Origin: Oligoflexia bacterium
Lineage (GTDB): Bacteria > Bdellovibrionota > UBA1018
DNA length: 64,000 nucleotides
Assembly: GCA_963758495.1 (NCBI GenBank)
Contig: CAVWVI010000003.1
Span: 928,001 to 992,000, forward strand
Direction: 5' to 3'
Positions 47,835-58,495 of the stretch are shown here, in pieces (within the stretch, counting starts at the first letter, position 1; every line of letters starts with the position of its first letter). The position numbers and the translations under genes were made by a program. Under the pieces are notes generated by a model. That model was not told the origin of the DNA. It worked only from the letters and a program-made list of their open reading frames with translations, and searched no databases.

Positions 47835-48995
47835 ATGCACGAACACTACGATCTAATTATCGCAGGAGGCGGGCTTGCTGGAGGGCTCTTAGCTTATCGT
47901 CTTTCCCAACTTCGACCTAACCTCCGTTTTCTTCTCATAGAGCAGGAAAAGCTCTTAGGAGGAAATCACACTTGGTCTTTTCATACTACTGATCTGACTG
48001 AGAAGGAACTTCATTGGATTACGCCTTTTATTTCTAAAAGCTGGAAAAGTCATCAAATTCAATTTTCAAAATACAGTCGCACTATTTCATCTGGCTATCA
48101 TTCCGTTCGATCGGAAAATTTTCACAAAATCATCTCTGCAGAACTGGGAGCCAAAGCGATCACAAATTGTTTAATTAAACATTTGAGTGAAAATGAAGTT
48201 CTTCTTCAAAATGAAAGAAAACTAAAATCGTCCTGCGTTATTGATGCCCGAGGATTTCGACAACAAGATCCCTCTCGAGAAGGATACCCACAGCAAGGGT
48301 TTCAAAAATTTTTAGGATTCGATGTCACACTAGAGAATCCTCACGGACTCGCAGCTCCTACGTTGATGGATGCCACTTGTCCTCAGGAAGATGGCTTTCG
48401 ATTCTTTTATCTCTTACCCTGGACTGAAACGTCACTCTTGATTGAAGATACTCGCTATAGTGATTCACCTACTATCAACCTTGAGCTTTTTACTGCTTCA
48501 ATCCATAGCTATGCGCAATCGCGCAAATGGAAAATTCAATCTATCGAACGAAAAGAATTCGGTGTCCTACCCATTCCATTCAAATCTCCAGTAGACTCCT
48601 CTCACTATCAGCAACAAGGTGTCCCAAAGATTGGAACCAATGCCGGATTCTTTCATCCAACTACTGGCTATTCCCTGGCACATTCCATTCGATTAGCTGA
48701 TCAAATTAGTGCAGTTCCAGCTTTGGACAGTGCCTTTCTTTGTGAGTTTTTACATGATTACGCTATGGATTTAAGTAACCGTATGAAATTTCATTGCCTT
48801 TTGAATCGAATGTTGTTTCTCGCAGCAAATCCGTCTGATCGTTATAAGATACTAGAAAAGCTTTATCGACTTCCCGATGGGATCGTGGCGCGATTTTATG
48901 CAGATCAACTTTCAAATTGGGACTGCTTTCGTATTTTATTTGGGAAACCACCGGTCCCACTTCGAAAAGCAATTGAATGCCTATATATTAATTAG
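47835..48995 (+). CDS. crtY: Lycopene beta-cyclase
   Basis: DLIIAGGGLAG, GGNHTWSF, MDAT, RFFYLLP, IEDTRYSD, AGFFHPTTGYSL, LNRMLF, GKPPVP; ATG at 47835 has an SD. Confidence 0.9.
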   Translation: MHEHYDLIIAGGGLAGGLLAYRLSQLRPNLRFLLIEQEKLLGGNHTWSFHTTDLTEKELHWITPFISKSWKSHQIQFSKYSRTISSGYHSVRSENFHKIISAELGAKAITNCLIKHLSENEVLLQNERKLKSSCVIDARGFRQQDPSREGYPQQGFQKFLGFDVTLENPHGLAAPTLMDATCPQEDGFRFFYLLPWTETSLLIEDTRYSDSPTINLELFTASIHSYAQSRKWKIQSIERKEFGVLPIPFKSPVDSSHYQQQGVPKIGTNAGFFHPTTGYSLAHSIRLADQISAVPALDSAFLCEFLHDYAMDLSNRMKFHCLLNRMLFLAANPSDRYKILEKLYRLPDGIVARFYADQLSNWDCFRILFGKPPVPLRKAIECLYIN

Positions 48996-49000
48996 TATCT

Positions 49001-50173
49001 ATGGTGCCTGAACGCCAAAAACTGGTCTTTCTTACTGAAGAGTATCCATACCCACCCCAGGGTGGTGGAAAATTGAGAGACTATTCGATGCTCGAAATTT
49101 TTCGACAAAAATTTGACGTTAAACTTTTAACTTTCTCGGGCCTAAATACATCCTCACTCCCTCCTCCAGGAGTTCAAGTCCAGTTCGTGCGCTATGATCA
49201 ACCCTCGCTATTGAGAAGAATCTGGGGCAAACTTAGAACCTATATCATCAATGGCTATAGCTTAAATATGGAACACACACTTCTAGAACAAGCTAAGCAA
49301 TCTAAATTTCTTTGGATTTCACGATTATCCATGGCGAAATATCTCCGCTCCGCCCAACTCATGGGTTATACGGTTTTACTGGATGAGCATAATGTAGAAA
49401 GTGATTTACTGATTCAAGCCGCACTCAAAAGACCATGGGATCTGTGGCATCTCGCACTTGCTCTTGATTGCCGCCATCAAGAAGCCAAATATTGTCATTT
49501 AGCAAGCACGGTCATCGCGACTTCCCAAAAGGACGCAAACCTTCTTCATCGACTTGCACCGTCTACTCACATTGCCGTTTTACCTAATACAATCGACTCA
49601 TACCCCTATCGAACGATTCGAAATGAGATTGGAACTCGCTTTCTATTTATTGGAACGTTAAATTATCAACCTAATGTTGAAGGATTAGCTTGGTTTCTGC
49701 ACAAAATTTTCCCCAGATTGAAAAGTCAGATGCCTGAGAGCGATCTCAAAATAAGAGTAGCAGGCTCCCATCCTTCTCATCGACTGAGACTTGAACTTGA
49801 AAGTGCTGGTATTGAGGTCATCACGAATCCAAGTACTGTCTTACCTCTTCTTAAAGATGCTGCCGTTATTTTCATTCCCTTATTATCAGGAAGTGGAACT
49901 CGACTTAAAATCATAGAGGCAATGGCAGCAGGACGCGCCATTGTGAGTACTACAAAGGGCGCCGAAGGAATTGAATTCATAAAGAATAAGGAAATCGCAG
50001 TGGCAGATACTCCGAATGCATTTGCAGATGAGATGGTTCAACTCTACAACGATCTAGCACGACGTCAAGCGATGGGAGTGAAAGCAAGTCATCTTGCCGA
50101 ATCCCTTTATGATTGGAGATCTATCGAGAAAAGTACACTAGAAGTTCTGAGCAATACGGGTAGTTTTTCATGA
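49001..50173 (+). CDS. Glycosyltransferase family 4
   Basis: PYPPQGGG..R, Y.PN.EG..WF, GSGTRLKIIEAMAAG. Confidence 0.9.
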   Translation: MVPERQKLVFLTEEYPYPPQGGGKLRDYSMLEIFRQKFDVKLLTFSGLNTSSLPPPGVQVQFVRYDQPSLLRRIWGKLRTYIINGYSLNMEHTLLEQAKQSKFLWISRLSMAKYLRSAQLMGYTVLLDEHNVESDLLIQAALKRPWDLWHLALALDCRHQEAKYCHLASTVIATSQKDANLLHRLAPSTHIAVLPNTIDSYPYRTIRNEIGTRFLFIGTLNYQPNVEGLAWFLHKIFPRLKSQMPESDLKIRVAGSHPSHRLRLELESAGIEVITNPSTVLPLLKDAAVIFIPLLSGSGTRLKIIEAMAAGRAIVSTTKGAEGIEFIKNKEIAVADTPNAFADEMVQLYNDLARRQAMGVKASHLAESLYDWRSIEKSTLEVLSNTGSFS

Positions 50174-51318
50174 GGATATTACAGATTGGAAAATTCTATT
50201 CTCCAGCATTAGGAGGTATTGAAACTGTAGTCCAAACCTTATCCGAAGGACTCAATCAAGCAGGAGTGGAAGTCACAGTAGTCTGCGCTAATCAGGAACC
50301 TCATTTTTCTGAAAATACCTTAAATGGAGTAAAAATACTTCGCCTTCCGTACTTTGGTAAACTTTTTTCTCAACCTATTACGCCCACGCTTTGGCGAATG
50401 ATCAATCGTTCAGCGAGTGTATTCGACATCATGCATTTTCATGTACCTAATCCTCTTGCGGAACTTTCTGCGCTCACAATTCCCCAAAAAACACGCTGGG
50501 TGGCAACCTACCACGCCGATGTCACTCAACAACGTCTACTACTTCCATTTTATAAACCTTTATTAAATCGCTTTTTAGATCAATCAAAAAGAATCATTGT
50601 ACCCACTCAGGCACATATCGACTATTCTCCATTTTTGACATCACTCCGTGATCAATCTAAATTTGATATTATTCCGTTCGGACTGGATTCCACGCGCTTT
50701 AAAATAACTTCCCATACGATTGAACTTTCAAATCAGCTCAAATTAAAATACGGACGCTTCCTGCTTTTTGTAGGTAGACTTGTCGAATATAAAGGCGTTC
50801 AATACCTCCTAGATGCCATGAAATTAATTACACACCAGATCACAGACTTAAATTTAGTTATTTTAGGAGATGGGCCTCTCAAAGAAAATTTAATGGACGA
50901 TGTAGTTCAAAGTGGTCTCACTTCTCGAATTTATTTTGATTCGAATGTAAAAGATGAACTCCTTCTTCATTCACATTATCACGCATGCGAATTTTTTGTA
51001 CTCCCCTCCATCAGTCGTGCAGAGGCTTTTGGCATGGTCCTCTTGGAAGCTATGGCATTTGGTAAACCCCTGATCACAACCCGCTTGTTAACTGGAATTC
51101 AGGTCGTCAATACTCACGAAGTCACAGGAATACAAGTTCCCCCTCGTGATCCCCAAGCGCTCTCAAAAGCTGTAATTCAACTCGCAGAATCAAAGGAATT
51201 ACGTGAAAAGATGGGAAAAGCATCCAGAGACAAATTCCTTGCTCAATACACGAGTGATGCCATGGTAACCGCTCACGTGAAAACTTACCTGAATATTATG
51301 GGAGGTTATTCAAAATGA
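50170..51318 (+). CDS. Glycosyltransferase family 4
   Basis: GKFY.P..GGIE, VGRLVEYKG, EAFGMVLLEAMAFG. Confidence 0.9.
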   Translation: MRILQIGKFYSPALGGIETVVQTLSEGLNQAGVEVTVVCANQEPHFSENTLNGVKILRLPYFGKLFSQPITPTLWRMINRSASVFDIMHFHVPNPLAELSALTIPQKTRWVATYHADVTQQRLLLPFYKPLLNRFLDQSKRIIVPTQAHIDYSPFLTSLRDQSKFDIIPFGLDSTRFKITSHTIELSNQLKLKYGRFLLFVGRLVEYKGVQYLLDAMKLITHQITDLNLVILGDGPLKENLMDDVVQSGLTSRIYFDSNVKDELLLHSHYHACEFFVLPSISRAEAFGMVLLEAMAFGKPLITTRLLTGIQVVNTHEVTGIQVPPRDPQALSKAVIQLAESKELREKMGKASRDKFLAQYTSDAMVTAHVKTYLNIMGGYSK

Positions 51319-52469
51319 CTCGACTACTTGTGATGTCGCATGCTGCAGTTCTCAATGTGAACCGAAGTCTGTTTGAAAGTCTCGCAGATATAGCCCATGT
51401 TGATATTACACTGGTAGCTCCCATAAATTGGAAAGGAGATTTGATTCGAGATTTAAAATTTCAAAATTCTAATCCTCGTAAGAACTTTAAAGTCATAGGA
51501 CTTCCTGTTTCACTATCTGGAAATGGATCTTTTTTCTTCTATCGATCATCGCTTCACACCCTGATTAAAACGGTTCAACCGGACTTCGCATTTTTAGATG
51601 AAGAACCTTGGAGCTTAGCTGCTTTTCAAGCTTCTCATGCATTAAAGGGGATCGGCTTCTGTTTCTACACAAAGCAAAATATCAAAAAAAGACTCCCCTT
51701 TCCTTTTCGAATCATCGAGCAAGCGGTGTTCAAACGTTCTTCTTTTGCACTCGTCATCTCTCAAGAGGTATCTAGTGTATTAGATTGGAAAAGGTATAAA
51801 AATAAAACACACTCACTCCCCCACTCCTACGACCCCGCTTTATTCCAAATTTTAAACCCTAAAGATAAAGCTGAACTTCGAAAATCACTCAACATTCCTA
51901 TGAATTCTATCGTAGTTTCCTATTTTGGAAGACTCGCTGAAGAAAAGGGAATCCTTGATTTACTCAACGCCATGAGTTCCATTTTAAGCAAACCTCAATT
52001 TGAGAATATACATTTTCTCTGCGTAGGAAATGGCCCCCTCTACAACAGCATAAAAACCAAGTGTGCTCAACTTCCACCCCACTCGATCACTTTACTCCAT
52101 GCATTACCCCACCACCTAGTCGGACAAACCCTTGCAGTAAGTGATATTCTGGTTTTACCTTCGAGGACAACTCCTCATTGGAAAGAGCAATTTGGACGGA
52201 TCCTGATAGAAGCTATGGGGTGCGGGGTAGCAGTCATTGGATCTGATTCAGGTGAAATACCCCATCTCATTACTCAAACCAATGGAGGCGTTATTTTTCC
52301 CGAAGGAGATCAAAACCTATTAGAGCAACGGATTTCAGAACTGATCTTGAATTCTTCAGAAATGGAAAAATTTAAAAAAAAGGGCTATGCCTATGCTTCT
52401 GCTGAATTCACGCACGAAAAAGTTGCAAAAAAGCTCGCAACACTCCTAAATATTCCCCTCAAAAAATGA
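51315..52469 (+). CDS. Glycosyltransferase family 4
   Basis: GRL.EEKG, WKEQFGRILIEAMGCG. Confidence 0.9.
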   Translation: MTRLLVMSHAAVLNVNRSLFESLADIAHVDITLVAPINWKGDLIRDLKFQNSNPRKNFKVIGLPVSLSGNGSFFFYRSSLHTLIKTVQPDFAFLDEEPWSLAAFQASHALKGIGFCFYTKQNIKKRLPFPFRIIEQAVFKRSSFALVISQEVSSVLDWKRYKNKTHSLPHSYDPALFQILNPKDKAELRKSLNIPMNSIVVSYFGRLAEEKGILDLLNAMSSILSKPQFENIHFLCVGNGPLYNSIKTKCAQLPPHSITLLHALPHHLVGQTLAVSDILVLPSRTTPHWKEQFGRILIEAMGCGVAVIGSDSGEIPHLITQTNGGVIFPEGDQNLLEQRISELILNSSEMEKFKKKGYAYASAEFTHEKVAKKLATLLNIPLKK

Positions 52470-53615
52470 ATTAAATATCACTCTATATTCTTCTGCCACT
52501 TGATCCCACGATCTTGCTTCTGCGATCTCTCTCGCCTTAAGCCCCATGCTTTTTAATTTTTCAGGATGATTGATCATTTGTTCTAAATAACCGGCAATTT
52601 CATCAGATGAAAATGGATCTTTAATAATTAGGCCCGATTCACCATTCTTAATCAACTCAGATGCCCCGGCACATTCGGATACAACTGGAGGCAAACCACA
52701 AGCCATCGCCTCAAGAATAACCAAGCCAAAAGGTTCATAAAGGGTAGGAAGTAGAAAGATATCTGAGGCTTGGTAATAAGGCAGAACGTCTCGGGTATGA
52801 CTCAATAATCTTACTTCAATAGGATTCTTTGACTTTTTTACACACTGATTAAAATAGTCAATATTTCCATTACCTACTGCTAGAAGAACTGCCTTCTTTT
52901 TCGTTAATTCGGTCAACCGAGACATCGTTTCAATCGCTACTTGCAAACCTTTACGCTCATAGGCTCCCACAAATAGGATCACAAATTCATCGGAACGGAT
53001 TTGAAGACTTTCCCTCAACTTCGATCGTTCATTGAGTTGGTTTGGAGCAGAGGGCCTGAAAACATGAGAATCAACCCCATGAGGGACAACATAAATAGGA
53101 TCCGTCAAACCAAAATTTATTTTTAGATCATGGGCACACCGCTGAGACAGAGTAATATAGACTTTATCTTGAGTATACAGTCTCTTCTCCATCCACTTAT
53201 CCATTGAGGTAGTTAAAAACTGATAAACTCGATGAAACACACTTCTATAAGGCTGGGGCTGAACACAAATCTTTAACCACTCCGCATGAATGAATTGAAC
53301 CTGTATCATCTGACTCACCCAAGAACAGGCACCCGTTGAGTGAATCATTCTGTTATCCGCATTCTTTCGACTCAGTTTGATATGAATATACGTATAAATA
53401 TAATAATAAATAGACTTAAGCAGGATGGGTCTTTTAATCCAGGGCTTAACCCGAATCCATTGGATCGATGCCCGACTGATCCCTTCCAATGAGTAAGCAT
53501 AAACTTTGACAGGAAACCACTGACTCATCCTTTGTACGATTTCAAGTACAGACTTATCTTGACCACCCCAAGGGTTCAAATCATGAATGAGGAATAATAA
53601 TTGATTTTTTTTCAT
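52446..53615 (-). CDS. Glycosyltransferase family 4 (RfaG-like)
   Basis: ERKGL, PTLYEPFGLVILEAMACG. Confidence 0.9.
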   Translation of the reverse strand: MKKNQLLFLIHDLNPWGGQDKSVLEIVQRMSQWFPVKVYAYSLEGISRASIQWIRVKPWIKRPILLKSIYYYIYTYIHIKLSRKNADNRMIHSTGACSWVSQMIQVQFIHAEWLKICVQPQPYRSVFHRVYQFLTTSMDKWMEKRLYTQDKVYITLSQRCAHDLKINFGLTDPIYVVPHGVDSHVFRPSAPNQLNERSKLRESLQIRSDEFVILFVGAYERKGLQVAIETMSRLTELTKKKAVLLAVGNGNIDYFNQCVKKSKNPIEVRLLSHTRDVLPYYQASDIFLLPTLYEPFGLVILEAMACGLPPVVSECAGASELIKNGESGLIIKDPFSSDEIAGYLEQMINHPEKLKSMGLKAREIAEARSWDQVAEEYRVIFNSFFEGNI

Positions 53616-54819
53616 ATTCGAGAAGTATTCTATCGTAAAGTTGGATTATTTTTTTAATACAAACATCGACTGTAAAGTTTTCCATAAAAGCTTGATGAGC
53701 TGCCTTTGCAAGCTGCACTCTCAACAAATCATTTTCAATGAGTTTTTTTACTGCTTCGGTCATTTCTATCACATTTCCCGGTGAGTGAAGACATCCCGTC
53801 TTTCCTTCTTCAATTAACTCTAACACTCCCCCAGCAGCAGAGGCGACCACAGGCACACCACAAGCCATAGATTCTAAAACGACTCTGCCAAAAGGTTCAG
53901 GCCGAATAGAAGCATGCACCACTAGATCTAATCCATTGATCGCCTGGGGAATGTCTTTCTCAAACCCTGTGAAAAAAAAGTACGAACTTAAGCCTCGATT
54001 TTTTACTTCCTCTTGCAATAGTTGCTTATAATCTCGATCTCCTACTGTGTCATAAATCTGATCTCCAATCACGACAAACCGCGCGTTCGGACCCTGTGAG
54101 AGTAAAAGCTTTGCCATTTGAATAAACTCCAAATGACCTTTCCAACGAGCGAGAACACCCACTATACCGACAATCAACACTTTTGAATCCACCTCAAAGT
54201 GATTTCGATACCTGTTTTGTGGCATTGGAAAATAGACTTTCGAATCCAGACCGTTATAAATAATTTCAATTTCTGAGTTAGTCATTCCTTTATGGCTAAA
54301 AGCCTCTTTTGTCGCTCCAGAATTTGCGATGACAGAAACCTTACCGAACCGTCTTAATAATCGAAGAATATTAAGAACAAAGCCTTCCTTCAAAATATCA
54401 CGTAAATGCCAAATGACCTTTTTTCTATGTAATGGTCTTAATAACACGGCCATAATATGGCACTTGATTCCTGTCGTATGAAGAACTTCTACATCGCTAT
54501 CTCTTAAAGATTGAGTCAATTTAAAACAATAAACAAGCAAAGATGGGATAGAAATAACCGTTAGAATCAAAGATAAAAAAGGTGTTTCTCGGCTGATAGC
54601 CAAAAATAACTTTGGCATTATCAATGTACGATAATGAATTTTTTCTTTATCTAAAATGTCGACTAAAGGACCACTCTCTTTAGGCAATAATAGAAAGGGT
54701 TGATATTTGCCTTCAGAAAACTTTTCTAAATTGAGTACTAGCTCAAGCAGACTTTTTTCAGCCCCTCCGAGCTGGGTGGATATCGCATAGAAACAAATTA
54801 TTTTTTTATTTTTATTCAT
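53581..54819 (-). CDS. Glycosyltransferase family 4
   Basis: GGAEKSL, WKGH, PEPFGRVVLESMACG; ATG at 54819 follows the asnB stop. Confidence 0.9.
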   Translation of the reverse strand: MNKNKKIICFYAISTQLGGAEKSLLELVLNLEKFSEGKYQPFLLLPKESGPLVDILDKEKIHYRTLIMPKLFLAISRETPFLSLILTVISIPSLLVYCFKLTQSLRDSDVEVLHTTGIKCHIMAVLLRPLHRKKVIWHLRDILKEGFVLNILRLLRRFGKVSVIANSGATKEAFSHKGMTNSEIEIIYNGLDSKVYFPMPQNRYRNHFEVDSKVLIVGIVGVLARWKGHLEFIQMAKLLLSQGPNARFVVIGDQIYDTVGDRDYKQLLQEEVKNRGLSSYFFFTGFEKDIPQAINGLDLVVHASIRPEPFGRVVLESMACGVPVVASAAGGVLELIEEGKTGCLHSPGNVIEMTEAVKKLIENDLLRVQLAKAAHQAFMENFTVDVCIKKIIQLYDRILLEYEKKSIIIPHS

Positions 54820-54821
54820 GG

Positions 54822-56732
54822 CTAATAGTTTTCTTTCCATAATTGAAAAGAAATTAACGACCATAGCAAATGTGAATGATTGCCATATCCTCCTACGTGT
54901 TGTTTAATCAGCTCTTGTACCTGCTTGGAATGAAAGATTCCTTCTTTCTTGAGCCGTGTTTCATTCAGGTATTCATCAAGCAAATACTTAAGTTCACCCC
55001 TCAACCAATCTCGCAGAGGCATGCTAAAACCCTGTTTTCTTCGGGCATGAATAGAAGAAGGAAATTGTTTTCTCAAAAGGGATCGTAAAATATATTTTTT
55101 GACTCCATTTTTGTATTTATAATGAAATGGCAACCGCCTAGAAAACTCAGCCATCTCATTGTCTAAAAACGGCACTCGCGCCTCCAGTCCAAATGCCATG
55201 CTTGCTCGATCTGTTTTGGCTAAGACCGTATCTACTAAAAACGTCCTCATAAAAATTTGGCTGATCTTATCTTCCCAAGACGCGCCACTCAGAGAATCGA
55301 GTAACTCGGTATACAATGGTGGATCGCTCTGGATGGGTTCAATGATAAGTGCCGCAACCTTATCCATTCGCATCGGACCAATCGTTCCAATAAAATATTG
55401 AAATAGTTCAGCCTCATTTTTATATTGAAAAATATCCGAAAACTTTATTAATCGCTGTAAAGTAAGCGAAGGAAACCCTCGATTGAGCAAACTCAAAAAG
55501 CGTCCAAAGCAGTCAAATACGGTTTTTCTCAGCTCTTTGGGAATCCTTCTCAATAGTCCCAATCGATACAAGATTTCTTGATAAGTATAACCAAAAAATA
55601 ATTCGTCACCCCCATCGCCTGAAAACCCAACTGTGACTTTCTTGCTAGAAAACTTCATTAAAAGTAACGTTGGGAGAACTGATGGATCTGCAAAAGGCTG
55701 GTCTAAATACTTTGGAAGATTTGGAATCAAATCAAAAAGATCACGCGGCTCTATAATCCACTCTTCATGATCAGCCCCTAGCATTGTAGCTACAAGCCTT
55801 GCATGCTCTGTTTCGTTGAATTCGGTTTCCTTATATCCAATTGAAAATGTCTGTATCTTGTTCTTAGCTATCGAAGCGTAGGTTGATGCCAGTAAAGTGG
55901 AATCAATGCCACCACTCAGAAAACAGCCAACAGGAACATCACTGATCAGTTGGCGCTTCATCACCCGAGCGAATGTCTGGTCGAGTTCTGTCATCCACTC
56001 TTCCTCAGACTTCACCTCTCCAGACTTTTCTCCAAAGTTTCCATAAATCAATTCTGAGGGACTCCAAAAAGTACCCTGTCTTAATTTTCCCTCTTCTACA
56101 CACAACCAAGTACCTCCTACAAGCTGTCGAATCCCTGTAAAAATGGAAGCAGGAGAAGGAATATGACTCAACTGAAGATACTGATACATAATCTGAGGGT
56201 CCACAGTCCGATCCACCCAATCCAAAAGTGCGAGAGGACGTAGGGTAGACGCAAACGCAAAACGTCCTGCACGATGAGTGAAGAAAAGTGGTTTTATTCC
56301 AAAACGATCCCTCACCAAATACAAAGCTGGACTTTTTTTTCTTTCATCCAGAATACCGAACGAAAATATTCCATTCAATAATTCAAATGATTGAGTTCCC
56401 CATTCTTCAAAAGCACTTAGAATGACTTCAGTATCTGAGTTTGTACGAAAGTGACGACCCCTGCTCATTAAGTTGGCGCGTATTTCACGAAAATTGTAAA
56501 TTTCGCCGTTGAAAACAATACTTAATTTCCTATCCTCACTCAACATGGGCTGGTTAGCCTGATCTGATAAATCAATAATCTTCAATCTTCGATGAGAAAG
56601 CCCATAATAAGCGCGGTGATAAATACCACTGGCATCTGGACCGCGAGCTGCCATAGCTTCTGCCATTTTATGAAGAATATCCTGCTCTAAATGCTCTGTT
56701 GGATTTAAGATAATTCCGCTAATTCCGCACAT
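54822..56732 (-). CDS. asnB: Asparagine synthase (glutamine-hydrolysing)-like amidotransferase
   Basis: MCGI N-terminus, RGPD, NGEIYN, SDTEV, LSGGIDS, SGDGGDELF, EARVPFLD. Confidence 0.93.
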   Translation of the reverse strand: MCGISGIILNPTEHLEQDILHKMAEAMAARGPDASGIYHRAYYGLSHRRLKIIDLSDQANQPMLSEDRKLSIVFNGEIYNFREIRANLMSRGRHFRTNSDTEVILSAFEEWGTQSFELLNGIFSFGILDERKKSPALYLVRDRFGIKPLFFTHRAGRFAFASTLRPLALLDWVDRTVDPQIMYQYLQLSHIPSPASIFTGIRQLVGGTWLCVEEGKLRQGTFWSPSELIYGNFGEKSGEVKSEEEWMTELDQTFARVMKRQLISDVPVGCFLSGGIDSTLLASTYASIAKNKIQTFSIGYKETEFNETEHARLVATMLGADHEEWIIEPRDLFDLIPNLPKYLDQPFADPSVLPTLLLMKFSSKKVTVGFSGDGGDELFFGYTYQEILYRLGLLRRIPKELRKTVFDCFGRFLSLLNRGFPSLTLQRLIKFSDIFQYKNEAELFQYFIGTIGPMRMDKVAALIIEPIQSDPPLYTELLDSLSGASWEDKISQIFMRTFLVDTVLAKTDRASMAFGLEARVPFLDNEMAEFSRRLPFHYKYKNGVKKYILRSLLRKQFPSSIHARRKQGFSMPLRDWLRGELKYLLDEYLNETRLKKEGIFHSKQVQELIKQHVGGYGNHSHLLWSLISFQLWKENY

Positions 56733-57930
56733 GACTACGCATCTCCGCGATTACACTTGCAGCTATATGATCCCAAGTAAATTTTTCTATAATTCGGTTT
56801 CGAGCAGAAATACCAAACTGTCTCCTTGTGCTTTCACTATCCATGACTTGAATGATGACTTGAGAAAGCTCATGCTCGTCTTCTGGATTGACTAACCATC
56901 CTGTTTCTAGGTGACTTACCACTTCTGGCATCCCCCCACTTTTTCCAGCAATGGAAGGCTTCCCGCAAGCGGCTGCTTCGAGAAGAACTATTCCAAAACC
57001 CTCGAAATTTGGAGCCACTCTGTCGTGACGAGAATTTAATATAAAAACATCTGAAACGTTGTAAATATCATTTAAACTCTCATCGGTGACTTTTCCAAGA
57101 AATCCCACATGGTGATCTAGTCTATATTCCCGTCTCAACGTTTCTAAATGCTTACGGTCCGGGCCATCTCCACAAACAAGATAGTAAAATTCTGGACGTT
57201 CAATCATCACTTTTGAAAAGGCCTTGAGTACATAATCCACTCCTTTGTAATCTTCCAATCGTGATATTGTAAGAAAGACTACCTTTCCTTCCAAACCGTA
57301 CTTCTTTATAAAATGGGTAGATTTCTCTATTGGCTTAAAGACCGCTGGGTCCACCCCATTATAAATGACCTTGATTTTTTCACTTCCAATTTTACATTCC
57401 GACACTACTTGATCTGCTGTAAATTGACTTACTGAAAAAACTCTTTTAGAACCGCGAATCACCCGATTTTTAATCCACCGCAGTTTCATTCGAATCCACT
57501 TTTTAAGTGTTCGACTAGACTCACAGATCTCAACTCCATGGACCACTGTAAAATAGGGAATATTGTAATACCGAAGGACCGGACTCACGAACCATGATGC
57601 GACACCACAGGGTAACCAAAGTGAATTTAAGATGACATGAGGTCGACACTTCCTTACCTCCAAAAACAAATACCAAGTCATTACAAAAATGCTGATGAAA
57701 TTATTCATGGGTATTTTGATACGACGAGTATTAAAATATCCATGGGAATCAAAAAGAGCATCATCCTTCATATTTTCGGATCGAGGAGCGAGAAGACGAC
57801 CTTCGATATCTGGAAGTTTACAAACCGCTTTTGCCAATTCAAATGTAGCTGAAGACACCCCGCCCACATTGGGTCGATAATCAAAGGCTAAAATGAGAAG
57901 TTTAATAGGTTGAGTTGAATGTACAGTCAT
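56719..57930 (-). CDS. Glycosyltransferase family 4 (PimB-like)
   Basis: P.VGGV, SRL..YKG, EGFGIVLLEAAACG. Confidence 0.9.
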   Translation of the reverse strand: MTVHSTQPIKLLILAFDYRPNVGGVSSATFELAKAVCKLPDIEGRLLAPRSENMKDDALFDSHGYFNTRRIKIPMNNFISIFVMTWYLFLEVRKCRPHVILNSLWLPCGVASWFVSPVLRYYNIPYFTVVHGVEICESSRTLKKWIRMKLRWIKNRVIRGSKRVFSVSQFTADQVVSECKIGSEKIKVIYNGVDPAVFKPIEKSTHFIKKYGLEGKVVFLTISRLEDYKGVDYVLKAFSKVMIERPEFYYLVCGDGPDRKHLETLRREYRLDHHVGFLGKVTDESLNDIYNVSDVFILNSRHDRVAPNFEGFGIVLLEAAACGKPSIAGKSGGMPEVVSHLETGWLVNPEDEHELSQVIIQVMDSESTRRQFGISARNRIIEKFTWDHIAASVIAEMRSHVRN

Positions 57931-58465
57931 GACTTGACTCTCTTTTCAAATCTATTTCTTCTCTTATTTTTACGTAGTTTTCATGGACTATCTTTGCGGC
58001 TTGCACTGGGTCCTTCGGAATTTCCTGAATCCGAAGTTTCGGCACATTCCATCTCAAAATTAAATACCTTTCCCATTCTGGATTTAAAATAAGAAATTTT
58101 TTACTACTTTTAAACCATTGAACTTCATCCCAGGGAGGCCATTTAGCAAATTTAACCCCACGCACACCCCTTATGATCATTTGCCCTATCTTATCTATAT
58201 ACGAATATTGAGGAGGACTGATCTCAGCAAGTGCTGGTGTAACTACTAGAGCCTGTTGTTCCAACGAAATAAAGGGCCATCCTTCAGTATCTGTATGAGA
58301 AAAAACATGAACGAGATCATATTCTTTAATTTTATGCTGATCTGACTCAAAGAAAACAATTTCATGCCCAAATCGAGCCAATTCTACGGCAAGAAGACGC
58401 ACCCAGGAATTCCGAGTTCTTTCATGTTCTAGAAATTCCCAATGACCAAAAAAAAGAATCCTCAT
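57902..58465 (-). CDS. Stand-alone GT4 N-terminal-domain-like protein
   Basis: MRILFFG..., LARFGHEIVFF, YDLVHVFS, LVVTP resemble the N-half of the adjacent GT4; no C-terminal E-x7-E domain. Confidence 0.5.
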   Translation of the reverse strand: MRILFFGHWEFLEHERTRNSWVRLLAVELARFGHEIVFFESDQHKIKEYDLVHVFSHTDTEGWPFISLEQQALVVTPALAEISPPQYSYIDKIGQMIIRGVRGVKFAKWPPWDEVQWFKSSKKFLILNPEWERYLILRWNVPKLRIQEIPKDPVQAAKIVHENYVKIREEIDLKRESSHDCTFNSTY

Positions 58466-58495
58466 GCTCAATGACAATGATAACATAAATTAAAA

